32,000 nucleotides of DNA from Breznakia sp. PF5-3 (GTDB taxonomy: Bacteria > Bacillota_I > Bacilli_A > Erysipelotrichales > Erysipelotrichaceae). Position numbers and translations under genes: made by a program. The notes under the pieces are model-generated. The model worked only from the letters and a program-made list of their open reading frames with translations, ran no database searches and was not told where the DNA came from. This document shows positions 1-8,581 of the stretch, one piece after another (positions within the stretch are counted from its first letter, which is position 1; the number at the start of each line of letters is the position of its first letter). The stretch spans positions 1-32,000 of the forward strand of contig NZ_JAQFIQ010000009.1 in the NCBI RefSeq assembly GCF_029504745.1, read 5' to 3'.

Positions 1-23
1 ATAAGGAATGGTAGTATTTAGTT

Positions 24-52
24 AGAAAAAAGAAGCAACTTTTATTGCTTCT
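24..52 (-). terminator. Rho-independent terminator downstream of ispG
   Basis: Inverted repeat AGAAGCAA (31-38) / TTGCTTCT (45-52) with a 6-nt loop. On the minus strand the hairpin is followed by a T-run (complement of A-run 25-30). It lies about 50 nt past the ispG stop. Confidence 0.7.
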
Positions 53-104
53 CATATTACGGTTAGTTCATTTACACAGATTTTTTTACACTCTCGGATG
101 CTTT

Positions 105-1154
105 TTAAAATGCCAATATTTCTTCTTTTAAACGTTCTACCATTTTTTCTTGAGGAATTTTTTCGATGATGACACCTTTCTTTATTAGCACACCTTCATT
201 TTTTCCTCCAGCAATCGCGATATCTGCATGCTTTGCTTCTCCAGGGCCATTCACTGCACATCCCATGATAGCGACAGTAATATCCTTATTAACTGTTTCC
301 AAAAAGGTTTCAATTTCATCAACAACAGGACCAATATTGAATTGTGTTCTACCACATGTAGGACAGGCAATCAAATTAGGAACATTTTTTATTAGATTAA
401 AGCATTTTAAAATCTGTTTCACAATCACCATTTCACGTAAAGGATCACCATTTACAGATACACGAATAGTATCACCGATGCCACGTTCAATTAGAGTTCC
501 TAAAGCTACACTAGATTTGATTGAAGAAGTTGTAAAACTACCTGCTTCTGTAACACCTAGATGGAGAGGGTAATTAAAAATTTCACTCGCTAGTGTGTAA
601 ACATCAATGCACAGTTGAACATCACTACTTTTAAAAGATAAACAGATGTCATAAAAATCCATATCTTCTAAAATTTGAATGTGTCGCTTGGCACTTTCTA
701 TCATTCCTTCAGCTGTAGGTTTTCCATATTTTTCATGGATATCTTTTTCTAAAGATCCACTGTTGATACCAATTCGAATTGGTATTTTGTTTTCTTTACA
801 AAGAGCAACAACCTTTTCAACATTTTTTCGTGACCCGATATTACCAGGATTTAACCTTATTTTATCAATGCCATTTTCAATGGCTTTAATAGCAAGTTTA
901 TAATTAAAATGAATATCACCAACGATAGGGATATTTGTGTGTTTTTTGATTTCTTGAATTGCAATAGCATCATCCTCATCCATAATGGATACACGGATAA
1001 TTTCGCAACCAGCATGTTCCAAATCATTAATTTGTTTAATGATTTTATTTGTATCACTTGTTTTATAACTACACATAGATTGGATTACAATTTTGTTTTG
1101 CCCTCCAATGGCTAGGTCTTTGACCATGATTTGTCTTGTTTTTTCTCGTTTCAT
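105..1154 (-). CDS. ispG: 4-hydroxy-3-methylbut-2-en-1-yl diphosphate synthase (IspG/GcpE, MEP pathway)
   Basis: 349-aa ORF with the typical IspG N-terminal TIM-barrel sequence (VGDIHFNYKLA, RLNPGNIG). The C-terminal 4Fe-4S ligand motifs ACPTCGRT and GCAVNGPGEA are present. AGGTGA lies 4 nt upstream of the ATG. Confidence 0.95.
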   Translation of the reverse strand: MKREKTRQIMVKDLAIGGQNKIVIQSMCSYKTSDTNKIIKQINDLEHAGCEIIRVSIMDEDDAIAIQEIKKHTNIPIVGDIHFNYKLAIKAIENGIDKIRLNPGNIGSRKNVEKVVALCKENKIPIRIGINSGSLEKDIHEKYGKPTAEGMIESAKRHIQILEDMDFYDICLSFKSSDVQLCIDVYTLASEIFNYPLHLGVTEAGSFTTSSIKSSVALGTLIERGIGDTIRVSVNGDPLREMVIVKQILKCFNLIKNVPNLIACPTCGRTQFNIGPVVDEIETFLETVNKDITVAIMGCAVNGPGEAKHADIAIAGGKNEGVLIKKGVIIEKIPQEKMVERLKEEILAF

Positions 1155-1170
1155 TTTATCACCTAGTGGT

Positions 1171-1179
1171 ATTATAGCA
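1171..1179 (-). promoter_or_regulatory. Extended -10 promoter element (TGCTATAAT) for ispG
   Basis: The reverse complement of 1171-1179 reads TGCTATAAT. AGGTGA follows 6 nt later and the ispG ATG 4 nt after that, implying a very short leader. No good -35 is seen. Confidence 0.35.
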
Positions 1180-1266
1180 TGTTCTTATAAAATATGTCTG
1201 AATAGTATCCTCCTAAAAATTCACTTGATGTTCACGTAAAGGTTATATACGGAACTAGTGTTAATA

Positions 1267-1275
1267 TGGTATAAT
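1267..1275 (+). promoter_or_regulatory. Extended -10 promoter element (TGGTATAAT) for the PBP gene
   Basis: TGGTATAAT at 1267-1275, about 25 nt upstream of ATG 1300, with GGGAGG in between. The -35 is weak. Confidence 0.4.
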
Positions 1276-1299
1276 AACATGCATAATGGGAGGAATAAA

Positions 1300-3474
1300 A
1301 TGTTTGTAAATCCATTTCGTAAAAAAGATATTGATCGTAGACGTCGTTCTAGTAATGTTTTTAAACAAAAAGAAGATTATGCGAAAACAATAAATAAAAG
1401 ATTAAAAATTATGACGATAGTAATATGTGTTTTGTTTTCTGTTATTGGCGTGCGTTTGGCACAACTACAATTAGTAAACAATGAAGAATATGCATTAAAG
1501 TTGGAAACCTTTACTGCTAAAAAACAAACATTTGCTCCTTCACGTGGTAGTATTTATGATCGCAATGGAACGGTATTAGCAGAGAGTAAAAAATCCTCTA
1601 CTATTTACTATTATCCTGCTAAAAATATAAGTGAAAAAGAAGAGTGGGATCTTGCTGAAAAGTTTGTTAATGAAATTGGTGTTAGTTTAACTAAGAAAAA
1701 TGATAGTGGTGTAGAAGTGTCAGCAATTACAGATCGCGAATTAAAAGATATGGATTATGCATATCATGTAACTTATTTAAGAGATGTAAAAGATAATTAT
1801 AATTCTTTGTTAAGTGCAGATGAACTAGAAGCAGCAAATAATGGAGATTTAAGTAATGCAGAAGTTTATAATTTAAAAATTAGTAGAATGGAAGTTCCCA
1901 AGGTTGATGATCATCACAAAAAAATATACTTAACTAAAATGTTGATGGATCAAACACCTGAAAATGAATATAAGACAATTTTAGAAGGTGCTACAACAGA
2001 ACAAGTTGCTTATCTTGGAGAACACAATTCACAATTTCCTGGATTTAAATACATGAATGACTGGGTTCGTTCATATTATGATAATAACAATTCGATTGTG
2101 AAATCAATTCTTGGTGATATTTCATCACAGACACAAGGGCTTCCTGAGGAAAAGATGGAGTATTATATGGGGCTGGGTTATGCAATGAATCAACGAGTTG
2201 GTATATCAGGAATTGAAAAACAATACGAAGATTATCTTTCTGGAACAAAACGTTCTTATAATATTACCTATGATGAGAATGGGCTTGCAGTACTAAACGA
2301 CGAAAATGAAGGAAAGAATGGATATGATTTAACGCTATCCTTAGATGTTGATCTACAAAAAAAAGTAGATGAGGTTCTAAATAAAACAATGAGTACCCAT
2401 TCAGGTGGAAAGTATAAATATTTTGATTCGTTATATTTTGTGGCAATAAATCCACAAACTGGAGAAATCCTAGCGATGGATAGTATATACAGAAAAGAAG
2501 ATGGAACCATTTATTCTGTACCTACAGGGACTTACTTGGATGCTAACCGTGCAGGTAGTGTTGTGAAAATGGCTACATTGTATATGGGATTAGACCAAGG
2601 GGTAATTTCACCAGGAACAGTATTAAATGATCAACCTATGCAGTTAAAAGGAACACAGGTATTTAAATCTTATACTACGCATGGATTAATAGATGATATA
2701 AATGCTATTGCTGTATCAAGTAATGTTTATATGGCTCAAATAGCAATAAAATTGGCAGGTGGCGAATTTGTTGAAAATGGACAGGCTTTATATTATGAAG
2801 ATGGAACATTTGAAAAAATGAGGTCTTACTATAATATGTTTGGGCTTGGTGTGCAAACAGGAATTGATTTGCCTAATGAGGGAGTAGGAAGCATTGGTGG
2901 TACGGAAGAGCATGGTAAGATTATTCCTTTAGCAATTGGACAGTATGATACTTATACTACGATGCAATTGGCACAATATGTGTCAACAATCGCAAATGGT
3001 GGCAAACGTGTACAACCACATTTGCTAAAAAAAGTAACAGAGGTAAATAGTAATCGAGAAACGGTTATATACGAGCATCAGACTAATATTTTATCAACAT
3101 TATTAGGAAATAATGTTAAGGAATATTTAGGACGTGCCCAAAAAGGAATGCGGGGTTGTGTAAGAGGAACGGGAAGTAAGAGTGCTTTTTGTCCTAGTAC
3201 CGTAGATGACCCTAATAGTGGTACTCAGTTAGCGGCGAAAACCGGGACAGCAGAAAATGAAATTTATGAAAACGGGAATAAATTAGATGATACCATGTCA
3301 TCTACAATGGTTGCATATGGACCATATATTGATGACGATGATGGAAGTACTCCAGAAATTGCATTTGCTTGCTTTGCGCCAAATGTGGAAATTGTTACAG
3401 GGACACCAGACCCCAACATTTGTGCAGGTATTATTGGAGAAGTATCAAATTATTATTTCTCAAAGAAGAAGTAG
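1300..3474 (+). CDS. Class B penicillin-binding protein / peptidoglycan D,D-transpeptidase (PBP2/PbpA-like)
   Basis: One N-terminal TM helix (IMTIVICVLFSVIGV). Transpeptidase motifs are SxxK (SVVK, Ser at about residue 420), SxN (SSN) and KTG (KTGTAE). Start moved from track position 1258 to ATG 1300 because GGGAGG sits 7 nt upstream. No PASTA-like C-terminal repeats. Confidence 0.9.
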   Translation: MFVNPFRKKDIDRRRRSSNVFKQKEDYAKTINKRLKIMTIVICVLFSVIGVRLAQLQLVNNEEYALKLETFTAKKQTFAPSRGSIYDRNGTVLAESKKSSTIYYYPAKNISEKEEWDLAEKFVNEIGVSLTKKNDSGVEVSAITDRELKDMDYAYHVTYLRDVKDNYNSLLSADELEAANNGDLSNAEVYNLKISRMEVPKVDDHHKKIYLTKMLMDQTPENEYKTILEGATTEQVAYLGEHNSQFPGFKYMNDWVRSYYDNNNSIVKSILGDISSQTQGLPEEKMEYYMGLGYAMNQRVGISGIEKQYEDYLSGTKRSYNITYDENGLAVLNDENEGKNGYDLTLSLDVDLQKKVDEVLNKTMSTHSGGKYKYFDSLYFVAINPQTGEILAMDSIYRKEDGTIYSVPTGTYLDANRAGSVVKMATLYMGLDQGVISPGTVLNDQPMQLKGTQVFKSYTTHGLIDDINAIAVSSNVYMAQIAIKLAGGEFVENGQALYYEDGTFEKMRSYYNMFGLGVQTGIDLPNEGVGSIGGTEEHGKIIPLAIGQYDTYTTMQLAQYVSTIANGGKRVQPHLLKKVTEVNSNRETVIYEHQTNILSTLLGNNVKEYLGRAQKGMRGCVRGTGSKSAFCPSTVDDPNSGTQLAAKTGTAENEIYENGNKLDDTMSSTMVAYGPYIDDDDGSTPEIAFACFAPNVEIVTGTPDPNICAGIIGEVSNYYFSKKK

Positions 3475-3525
3475 CAATTTAAATAATTGTATGATACAAT
3501 AAGAAACGCTTAAGGAGGATTTAAG

Positions 3526-3675
3526 ATGAGAGATCGTATCACTTTAAAATGTTCAGAATGTGGTGAAGAAAACTACATTAATACAAGAAATAAAAAAACT
3601 CAAACAGAACGTATGGCGGTTAAAAAATATTGTCCACGTTGTAATGCGAAAACTTTGCATAAGGAGAAAAAATAA
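3526..3675 (+). CDS. rpmG: 50S ribosomal protein L33 (zinc-ribbon C+ form)
   Basis: 49-aa ORF below the track cutoff: MRDRITLKCSECGEENYINTRNKKTQTERMAVKKYCPRCNAKTLHKEKK. It has CxxC...CxxC and a strong AAGGAGG 7 nt upstream of the ATG. Confidence 0.93.
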   Translation: MRDRITLKCSECGEENYINTRNKKTQTERMAVKKYCPRCNAKTLHKEKK

Positions 3676-3676
3676 G

Positions 3677-3700
3677 AAAGCCAAAAAAGTGGCTTTTTTA
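3677..3700 (+). terminator. Rho-independent terminator after rpmG
   Basis: AAGCCA (3678-3683) / TGGCTT (3690-3695) hairpin followed by a T-run, immediately after the rpmG stop. Confidence 0.65.
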
Positions 3701-3713
3701 TTTGGTGATAATT

Positions 3714-4325
3714 ATGAAAATAGAAACATATCCATTAGGCATGTTACAGGCCAATTGTTATTTAATCTGGAAAGATAATCATGTATTGATTGTAGATCCT
3801 GGTGGGTCTTCAAAAAGGATAGTAGAATATATTACACAACAAGAAGCAATAGTGGATGCTATTTTGTTAACTCATGGACATTATGACCATATAGGTGGAG
3901 TGGAATTTTTTGTTAAACAATTTCATTGTCCCGTATATATCAGTGAAGCGGATCAATTAATGATTGATAATCCGAAATTTAATTGTTCAGATACTTTTGA
4001 AGGCTTTTCTTCAGACATCGAAATTCAGCATTATACAGGGAATATGAAAATTGAAAATTTCACTTTTGAAGTTATGGACGCTCCAGGTCATACGAATGGG
4101 TCAGTGTTATTGGTGTTTGATGATTTTATTTGTAGTGGAGATGTATTGTTTAAACAAAGCATTGGACGTTGTGACCTTCCTACAGGATCAAATAACAAGA
4201 TGTTTCAAACGTTATCTATGATAAAGGGATTAGATTCAAAATACAAAGTGTATCCTGGTCATGGTGATAGTACAACATTATATGAAGAATTTTTATACAA
4301 TCCATTTTTAAAGGATATAAAATAA
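3714..4325 (+). CDS. MBL-fold metallo-hydrolase (YqgX / glyoxalase II-like)
   Basis: HGHYDH (HxHxDH) metal motif plus downstream DAPGHT and PGHG motifs. About 203 aa from ATG 3714, with GGTGA 5 nt upstream. Track start 3702 is a TTG inside the terminator. Confidence 0.85.
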   Translation: MKIETYPLGMLQANCYLIWKDNHVLIVDPGGSSKRIVEYITQQEAIVDAILLTHGHYDHIGGVEFFVKQFHCPVYISEADQLMIDNPKFNCSDTFEGFSSDIEIQHYTGNMKIENFTFEVMDAPGHTNGSVLLVFDDFICSGDVLFKQSIGRCDLPTGSNNKMFQTLSMIKGLDSKYKVYPGHGDSTTLYEEFLYNPFLKDIK

Positions 4326-4328
4326 ACG

Positions 4329-4366
4329 AAAAATATCGCAGAATGAAAGCGATATTTTTTCTTTTT
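4329..4366 (+). terminator. Rho-independent terminator after the MBL hydrolase gene
   Basis: 10-bp stem AAAATATCGC (4330-4339) / GCGATATTTT (4349-4358) with a 9-nt loop, followed by a T-rich run. Confidence 0.75.
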
Positions 4367-4382
4367 CTTAAATTTTTTAATG

Positions 4383-4412
4383 TTGTAATAAATAAAGCTA
4401 GGTTTTTATATT
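4383..4412 (+). promoter_or_regulatory. Candidate sigma-A type promoter of the comG operon
   Basis: TTGTAA (4383-4388), about 18 nt spacer, TATATT. It is followed by AAGGTGGG and ATG 4447. This is a sequence match only and competence-specific control cannot be judged. Confidence 0.3.
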
Positions 4413-4446
4413 GTGATTGTGTATGAATAAGTAAGGTGGGTGATCC

Positions 4447-5436
4447 ATGAAAAGAAAATTAAATTTATTATTAAAATATGTGCTTTCATATAATGCAAGT
4501 GATGTTCATTTTACATTGGTTAATCACAAATTAGAAGTTAGAGTTAGAGGGTTGAATAAGATTGTAGATATCAATGATAAAAAGTTAAGTGAGGATTTAT
4601 TTTATTATTTAAAATATATATCCAACCTTGATTTAGGAAATTCTTTTTTACCACAAAGTGGAAACTTCAGTTATGTTTATAAGAAGCAATTATTACATTT
4701 TCGCTTTGCATATTTGCATACATTTCAAACACAATCAGGAGTTCTACGAATTTTAAACAATCATGAAAAGATTAAAATAATGGATTTGAGCTTAGATAAA
4801 AGACAAAATCATATATTTGAATCATGGACAAAGTTTCGAAGTGGATTAGTTTTGGTGAGTGGGCCAACAGGGAGCGGAAAATCAACAACATTACATGCTC
4901 TTTTAGATGTGATTGCTGAAAACAAAAAGTTTAATATCATCACATTAGAAGATCCTGTTGAGATTCATAATGATAAATACTTGCAATTGCAGGTAAATGA
5001 AAAAATGAATTTCGGGTTTGAAGAGGGAATCAAACAATTACTAAGGCATGATCCAGATGTCATTATGATTGGAGAAGTGAGAGATGAAACAACTGCAAAA
5101 ATGCTAATCCGTTGTGCATTGAGTGGGCATATGGTATTTACGACTATTCATGCAAAAAGTTGTAAAGAGGCCATTAAAAGGTTACAAGAATTTGGGATAT
5201 CAAAAACAGATCTAGTAGAAACATTAACAGGGATTACAAATCAGCGAATTTACAAACATAAGGACTTTGATCGTCGTGTATGTGTTTATGAAATTTTAGA
5301 GAAGGAGGAGTTGAAGGAAGTGTTAGAAACAGAATTGCTTCCAAATTCGTATGAGGATATTAAGCAAAAAATTAAATATGCTGTTGAGCAAAATTGGATT
5401 TCAAAACAAGAAGCAGAAAGCGACCTTATCCTTTAG
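4447..5436 (+). CDS. comGA: Competence pseudopilus assembly ATPase ComGA (PilB/GspE family)
   Basis: Walker A GPTGSGKST, Walker B/Asp box DPDVIMIGEVRD and His box GHMVFTTIHA. It is the first gene of a seven-gene comG-like operon. Confidence 0.9.
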   Translation: MKRKLNLLLKYVLSYNASDVHFTLVNHKLEVRVRGLNKIVDINDKKLSEDLFYYLKYISNLDLGNSFLPQSGNFSYVYKKQLLHFRFAYLHTFQTQSGVLRILNNHEKIKIMDLSLDKRQNHIFESWTKFRSGLVLVSGPTGSGKSTTLHALLDVIAENKKFNIITLEDPVEIHNDKYLQLQVNEKMNFGFEEGIKQLLRHDPDVIMIGEVRDETTAKMLIRCALSGHMVFTTIHAKSCKEAIKRLQEFGISKTDLVETLTGITNQRIYKHKDFDRRVCVYEILEKEELKEVLETELLPNSYEDIKQKIKYAVEQNWISKQEAESDLIL

Positions 5437-6379
5437 TGTTTATGAATGGCTATATTTTTCACAATTATTACAAAAAGGATATAGTTTTGATATATCATTG
5501 CAATTAATGGATAAAGAAAACCATGAGTTATTAAAAACTTTAGAAGAAGGAAAACGCATACAAGAAATTATTGTTCATAGTACAAAAGGAAGATTTCAAG
5601 CTTTTGTGAGTTTTTTTATGAAATTGACCGGGATTGCAGAAGCACTTCGTTGCTCGGTGTCTATGTATGATTTTGAAAGACAATTACGCTCAAAGATAAT
5701 AAAACAAACAGCATATCCAATGTTTATTTTAATTTTTTCTTTTTTTACCGTTTATATTTTTTCAACATACGTCGTGCCACAGTTACTTCAAAATTTTGAA
5801 GCAAATGATTCTTTTTTAATAGTTATGATTGATATTTTGCGTTCTATTTCTATGGTTGTGATAACAGGAATTGTTATTGTTGTTATTGTTTTTATTTTGT
5901 GTAAATTATCAAAACGGCTGTTTTGTAAAATTGGAAGCTTATGTATTCAACATATTTCGGTGTGTAAAGAATTTATGTCATTTTATTTAGCAAATTATTT
6001 AATTGTTTTAGATGAATGTGGATTAAGCACACAACAGATGTTTTTGTTCTTACAAAATGTGAAACAGCAACCATTGTTTTATCAAATAATAAATGATATT
6101 CATTTACTGTTGCAGAATGGAAAAGATTTATCAACGGTGATTAATGAGCATCGTGTACTTTCCAAAAATTTTAAAATGCACTATGTGTTAGGAAGTACAA
6201 CAAATACTTTTTGTAAGTCTTTGAAAACTTATCAAGAATTACAAGAGAAAAAATGGAATACACAACTAAAAAAGTTAGGTATATCCATACAAATTATCTC
6301 CTATAGTTTAGTAGGTGTATTAGTTTTATGTATTTATCAAATAATGATGATTCCATTACAATTGTTAGAAAGGATGTAA
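5378..6379 (+). CDS. comGB: Competence pseudopilus platform protein ComGB (GspF/PilC family)
   Basis: Polytopic membrane protein with two GspF-like halves, directly after comGA. The start is uncertain. ATG 5351 would overlap comGA by 86 nt and ATG 5378 by 59 nt, and neither has a clear SD. Confidence 0.8.
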   Translation: MLLSKIGFQNKKQKATLSFSVYEWLYFSQLLQKGYSFDISLQLMDKENHELLKTLEEGKRIQEIIVHSTKGRFQAFVSFFMKLTGIAEALRCSVSMYDFERQLRSKIIKQTAYPMFILIFSFFTVYIFSTYVVPQLLQNFEANDSFLIVMIDILRSISMVVITGIVIVVIVFILCKLSKRLFCKIGSLCIQHISVCKEFMSFYLANYLIVLDECGLSTQQMFLFLQNVKQQPLFYQIINDIHLLLQNGKDLSTVINEHRVLSKNFKMHYVLGSTTNTFCKSLKTYQELQEKKWNTQLKKLGISIQIISYSLVGVLVLCIYQIMMIPLQLLERM

Positions 6380-6383
6380 TAAC

Positions 6384-6680
6384 ATGAAAAAAGGATTCAC
6401 AATATTAGAAATGATTATCGTACTTACGATAATAGCTTTGATTTTTCTGCTTACATTACCAAACATACAGCAAAAGAAAAAAGTAATTGATAACAAAGGA
6501 TGCGAAGCTTTGATTGAAGTTGTAAATGCACAAATTTTGCTTTATGAAATCGATACCTTGGAAACACCTACAAGTGTTGATCAATTAATAAGTGGTGGAT
6601 ATTTGAAAGACACACAAAAAAGATGTCCTGATGGAGAAAGTATCACAATATCAGGAGGAGAGGCACATGCATCTAAATAG
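6384..6680 (+). CDS. comGC: Major competence pseudopilin ComGC (type IV prepilin-like)
   Basis: Class III signal MKKG/FTILEMIIVLTIIALIFLL with Glu at +5. Two Cys residues (GCEAL, KRCPDG) as in ComGC disulfide-containing pilins. 98 aa. Confidence 0.88.
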   Translation: MKKGFTILEMIIVLTIIALIFLLTLPNIQQKKKVIDNKGCEALIEVVNAQILLYEIDTLETPTSVDQLISGGYLKDTQKRCPDGESITISGGEAHASK

Positions 6681-7053
6681 AAAAGGTTTTACCTTGTTTC
6701 AAATGCTTATGGTATTGCTGATCATCTCTATTTGCTTGCTTTTACAACCTAAAACTCAACGAACAAAAACATCATTAAAATATGAGACCATGAAACTTCG
6801 AGAATGGATATTGCAGGCACAAGAGAAAGCCATCTTTGATAAAACGAATGTTTCTATGATGATAGAAGATAATATGATTTCAAGTAATAATAAAACGTAT
6901 TCCTTAGCTAAAGAAACAACATGTGGGAGTCATCATATTTCTTTTAATCATAGAGGGAATACAAATCAAGCACGAACAATTGAATGTAGGCAAGGAAAGG
7001 AAAAAGCAGAAATTGTTATAAACTTAGGAGCAGGGAATATATATGTACGCTAA
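6667..7053 (+). CDS. comGD: Minor pseudopilin ComGD
   Basis: Prepilin-type N-terminus MHLNRKG/FTLFQMLMVLLIISI, with Gln rather than Glu at +5. AGGAGGAGAGG lies just upstream of ATG 6667. Overlaps comGC by 14 nt. Confidence 0.75.
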   Translation: MHLNRKGFTLFQMLMVLLIISICLLLQPKTQRTKTSLKYETMKLREWILQAQEKAIFDKTNVSMMIEDNMISSNNKTYSLAKETTCGSHHISFNHRGNTNQARTIECRQGKEKAEIVINLGAGNIYVR

Positions 7054-7231
7054 GCAAGGATATATCCTTATTGAAGCAATTCTTTTGTTTTATATGTGTA
7101 CGATGATAGTCTTAATGTTATCGAGTTTATGCGTAGGGATGGGGAATACAAAAAAACGAGAGTATGAAACTTCTGAAATTAAATATGAGACGGAAATACA
7201 GAATATTTATGAAAGTTATCAAGACGAATAA
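7043..7231 (+). CDS. comGE: Minor pseudopilin ComGE-like small membrane protein
   Basis: 62 aa, N-terminus MYAKQG/YILIEAILLFYM (prepilin-like with Glu at +5). Its position in the operon corresponds to comGE. GGAGCAGGGA lies upstream. Confidence 0.6.
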   Translation: MYAKQGYILIEAILLFYMCTMIVLMLSSLCVGMGNTKKREYETSEIKYETEIQNIYESYQDE

Positions 7232-7616
7232 GAGAAAGGGGTTCACCTTGTTGGAAACGTTAGTTGCATTTGTTATTGTTGGAGTATCAATTACTTTATT
7301 GCAAAGTGGTTTAATGATGGTGAAAAACTTCAATTTCGATTTTTACGTTGGAGAAGATGAGGTTAGTATTCGTCAAATGCGTTTACTATATATCTTATCT
7401 TCTACACATCAAATAGAGAATAATGAATTGGTAATTACTTATTTTGGAGATGAATTGCGATTTCGAAAGTATAACGACAACATGATATTGAGTCCAGGGT
7501 ATCAAGTTTTTTTTCAAAAAATAGATACATATGATTTTGAGGAAATAGGGGATTGTATATATGTTAAGTATAGGCATATTGATGAAAAAGAAAAAAAGCA
7601 AATTATTGGTTGCTAA
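7209..7616 (+). CDS. comGF: Minor pseudopilin ComGF
   Basis: MKVIKTNKRKG/FTLLETLVAFVIVGV prepilin signal. The start among ATG 7164, 7185 and 7209 is unresolved. 7209 was chosen for the shortest leader peptide and smallest overlap. Confidence 0.7.
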   Translation: MKVIKTNKRKGFTLLETLVAFVIVGVSITLLQSGLMMVKNFNFDFYVGEDEVSIRQMRLLYILSSTHQIENNELVITYFGDELRFRKYNDNMILSPGYQVFFQKIDTYDFEEIGDCIYVKYRHIDEKEKKQIIGC

Positions 7617-7950
7617 AAAACAAGGTTTTATAACTACATATGGTCTAATTTTATTATATGTAGTTTTGCTTTTCACTTCTTTTATTACAACAAAATTGAA
7701 ATCGCAAATCTTGTATGGAGAAAGATTAAGTTTTGCTGAATTGCGTGCGATAGAGTATGCGAAAAGCCAAATTCTTTTAAGCACTTTTGAAAATCAACAA
7801 TTTATATATGAGAATTTAGATATATCTATTATGTTTTATGAAGGGTATTGCGAAATTATGGTTACTGATAATCAAAATCATTCTTTTCAATCAAAGTTAG
7901 CTTATGATGATGAGACAAAAGAAATAACAGGCTATGATTATTTCCGTTAG
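7561..7950 (+). CDS. comGG: ComGG-like pseudopilus protein
   Basis: Last gene of the operon, with a basic N-terminus followed by KKQG/FITTYGLILLYVVLLF as a hydrophobic anchor. GGGGA lies 8 nt before ATG 7561. ATG 7582 is an alternative start. Confidence 0.6.
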   Translation: MLSIGILMKKKKSKLLVAKKQGFITTYGLILLYVVLLFTSFITTKLKSQILYGERLSFAELRAIEYAKSQILLSTFENQQFIYENLDISIMFYEGYCEIMVTDNQNHSFQSKLAYDDETKEITGYDYFR

Positions 7951-7966
7951 TGTAAAGTAAAAACAC

Positions 7967-7994
7967 TTGACACCTGGTTTTAGTGTGATATACT
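7967..7994 (+). promoter_or_regulatory. Strong sigma-A promoter of the rpsP operon
   Basis: TTGACA (7967-7972), 16-nt spacer ending in TGA, TATACT (7989-7994). It lies about 30 nt upstream of AAAAGGAG and ATG 8023. Confidence 0.7.
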
Positions 7995-8022
7995 TGGTTA
8001 AGTAAAAAGGAGATTAAGAATT

Positions 8023-8295
8023 ATGGCTGTAAAATTAAGATTGAAAAGAATGGGAAAAAAAGGATATGCTTACTACAGAATTGTAGCAGCTGATTCAAGA
8101 AGCCCACGTGATGGTAGAATTATTGAAGCAATTGGAACTTATAATCCAAATAACGACCCTGCAGTAGTAACTGTGGACGAAGAATTGGCTTTAAAATGGT
8201 TAAGAAATGGTGCGCAACCATCTGATACAGTAAGAAGTATTTTGTCAAAACATGGAATTATGAAAAAAATACACGACGAAAAAAAATCTAAATAA
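8023..8295 (+). CDS. rpsP: 30S ribosomal protein S16
   Basis: [32 protein letters not shown] is a canonical S16 N-terminus. 90 aa. Confidence 0.97.
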   Translation: MAVKLRLKRMGKKGYAYYRIVAADSRSPRDGRIIEAIGTYNPNNDPAVVTVDEELALKWLRNGAQPSDTVRSILSKHGIMKKIHDEKKSK

Positions 8296-8298
8296 TTC

Positions 8299-8544
8299 AT
8301 GGATTACGAAAAAATCATTTTAGACCTTATTACACCAATCGTTGATGATAAAGATAGTTTATCAGTTAAGGTAATGTCAACATTAGATGAAAATGAGGTT
8401 TTGCTACATGTATATGCTAATTCAGATGATGTTGCTCGTTTAATTGGTCGTCGTGGAATGATGGCGAGTAGTATTCGTCAAATGATGTCGATTGCATCAA
8501 GAAAAGAAAATAAGATGATAACGATTAAGTTTGAATCATATTAA
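8299..8544 (+). CDS. khpA: KH-domain RNA-binding protein (YlqC/KhpA family)
   Basis: 81 aa with the KH GxxG loop (LIGRRGMMASSIR). It occupies the conserved slot between rpsP and rimM. Confidence 0.85.
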   Translation: MDYEKIILDLITPIVDDKDSLSVKVMSTLDENEVLLHVYANSDDVARLIGRRGMMASSIRQMMSIASRKENKMITIKFESY

Positions 8545-8547
8545 GAT

Positions 8548-8570
8548 AGGATGCTATGCATCCTTTTTTT
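8548..8570 (+). terminator. Intra-operon hairpin/terminator between khpA and rimM
   Basis: AGGATGC (8548-8554), loop TAT, GCATCCT (8558-8564), followed by a T-run. rimM starts 12 nt later, so partial read-through is likely. Confidence 0.6.
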
Positions 8571-8581
8571 AGAGGTGAACA

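Noticed and set aside
166-1115. Four + strand ORFs (68-135 aa) inside the ispG locus
   Set aside because: They lie antisense to a gene with unambiguous IspG motifs. The translations are low-complexity and hydrophobic or Ser/Thr/Phe-rich with no SD, so they are typical shadow ORFs.
3560-3778. 72-aa + strand ORF overlapping rpmG, its terminator and the MBL gene start
   Set aside because: It is out of frame with the clearly real L33 gene and runs through a terminator hairpin, so it is spurious.
4422-4429. TATGAATA upstream of comGA, one mismatch from the streptococcal ComX box TACGAATA
   Set aside because: It ends only 17 nt before the ATG, so a transcript started from it would lack the SD. 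There is no matching motif upstream of dprA, and it is a single 8-mer in AT-rich DNA.
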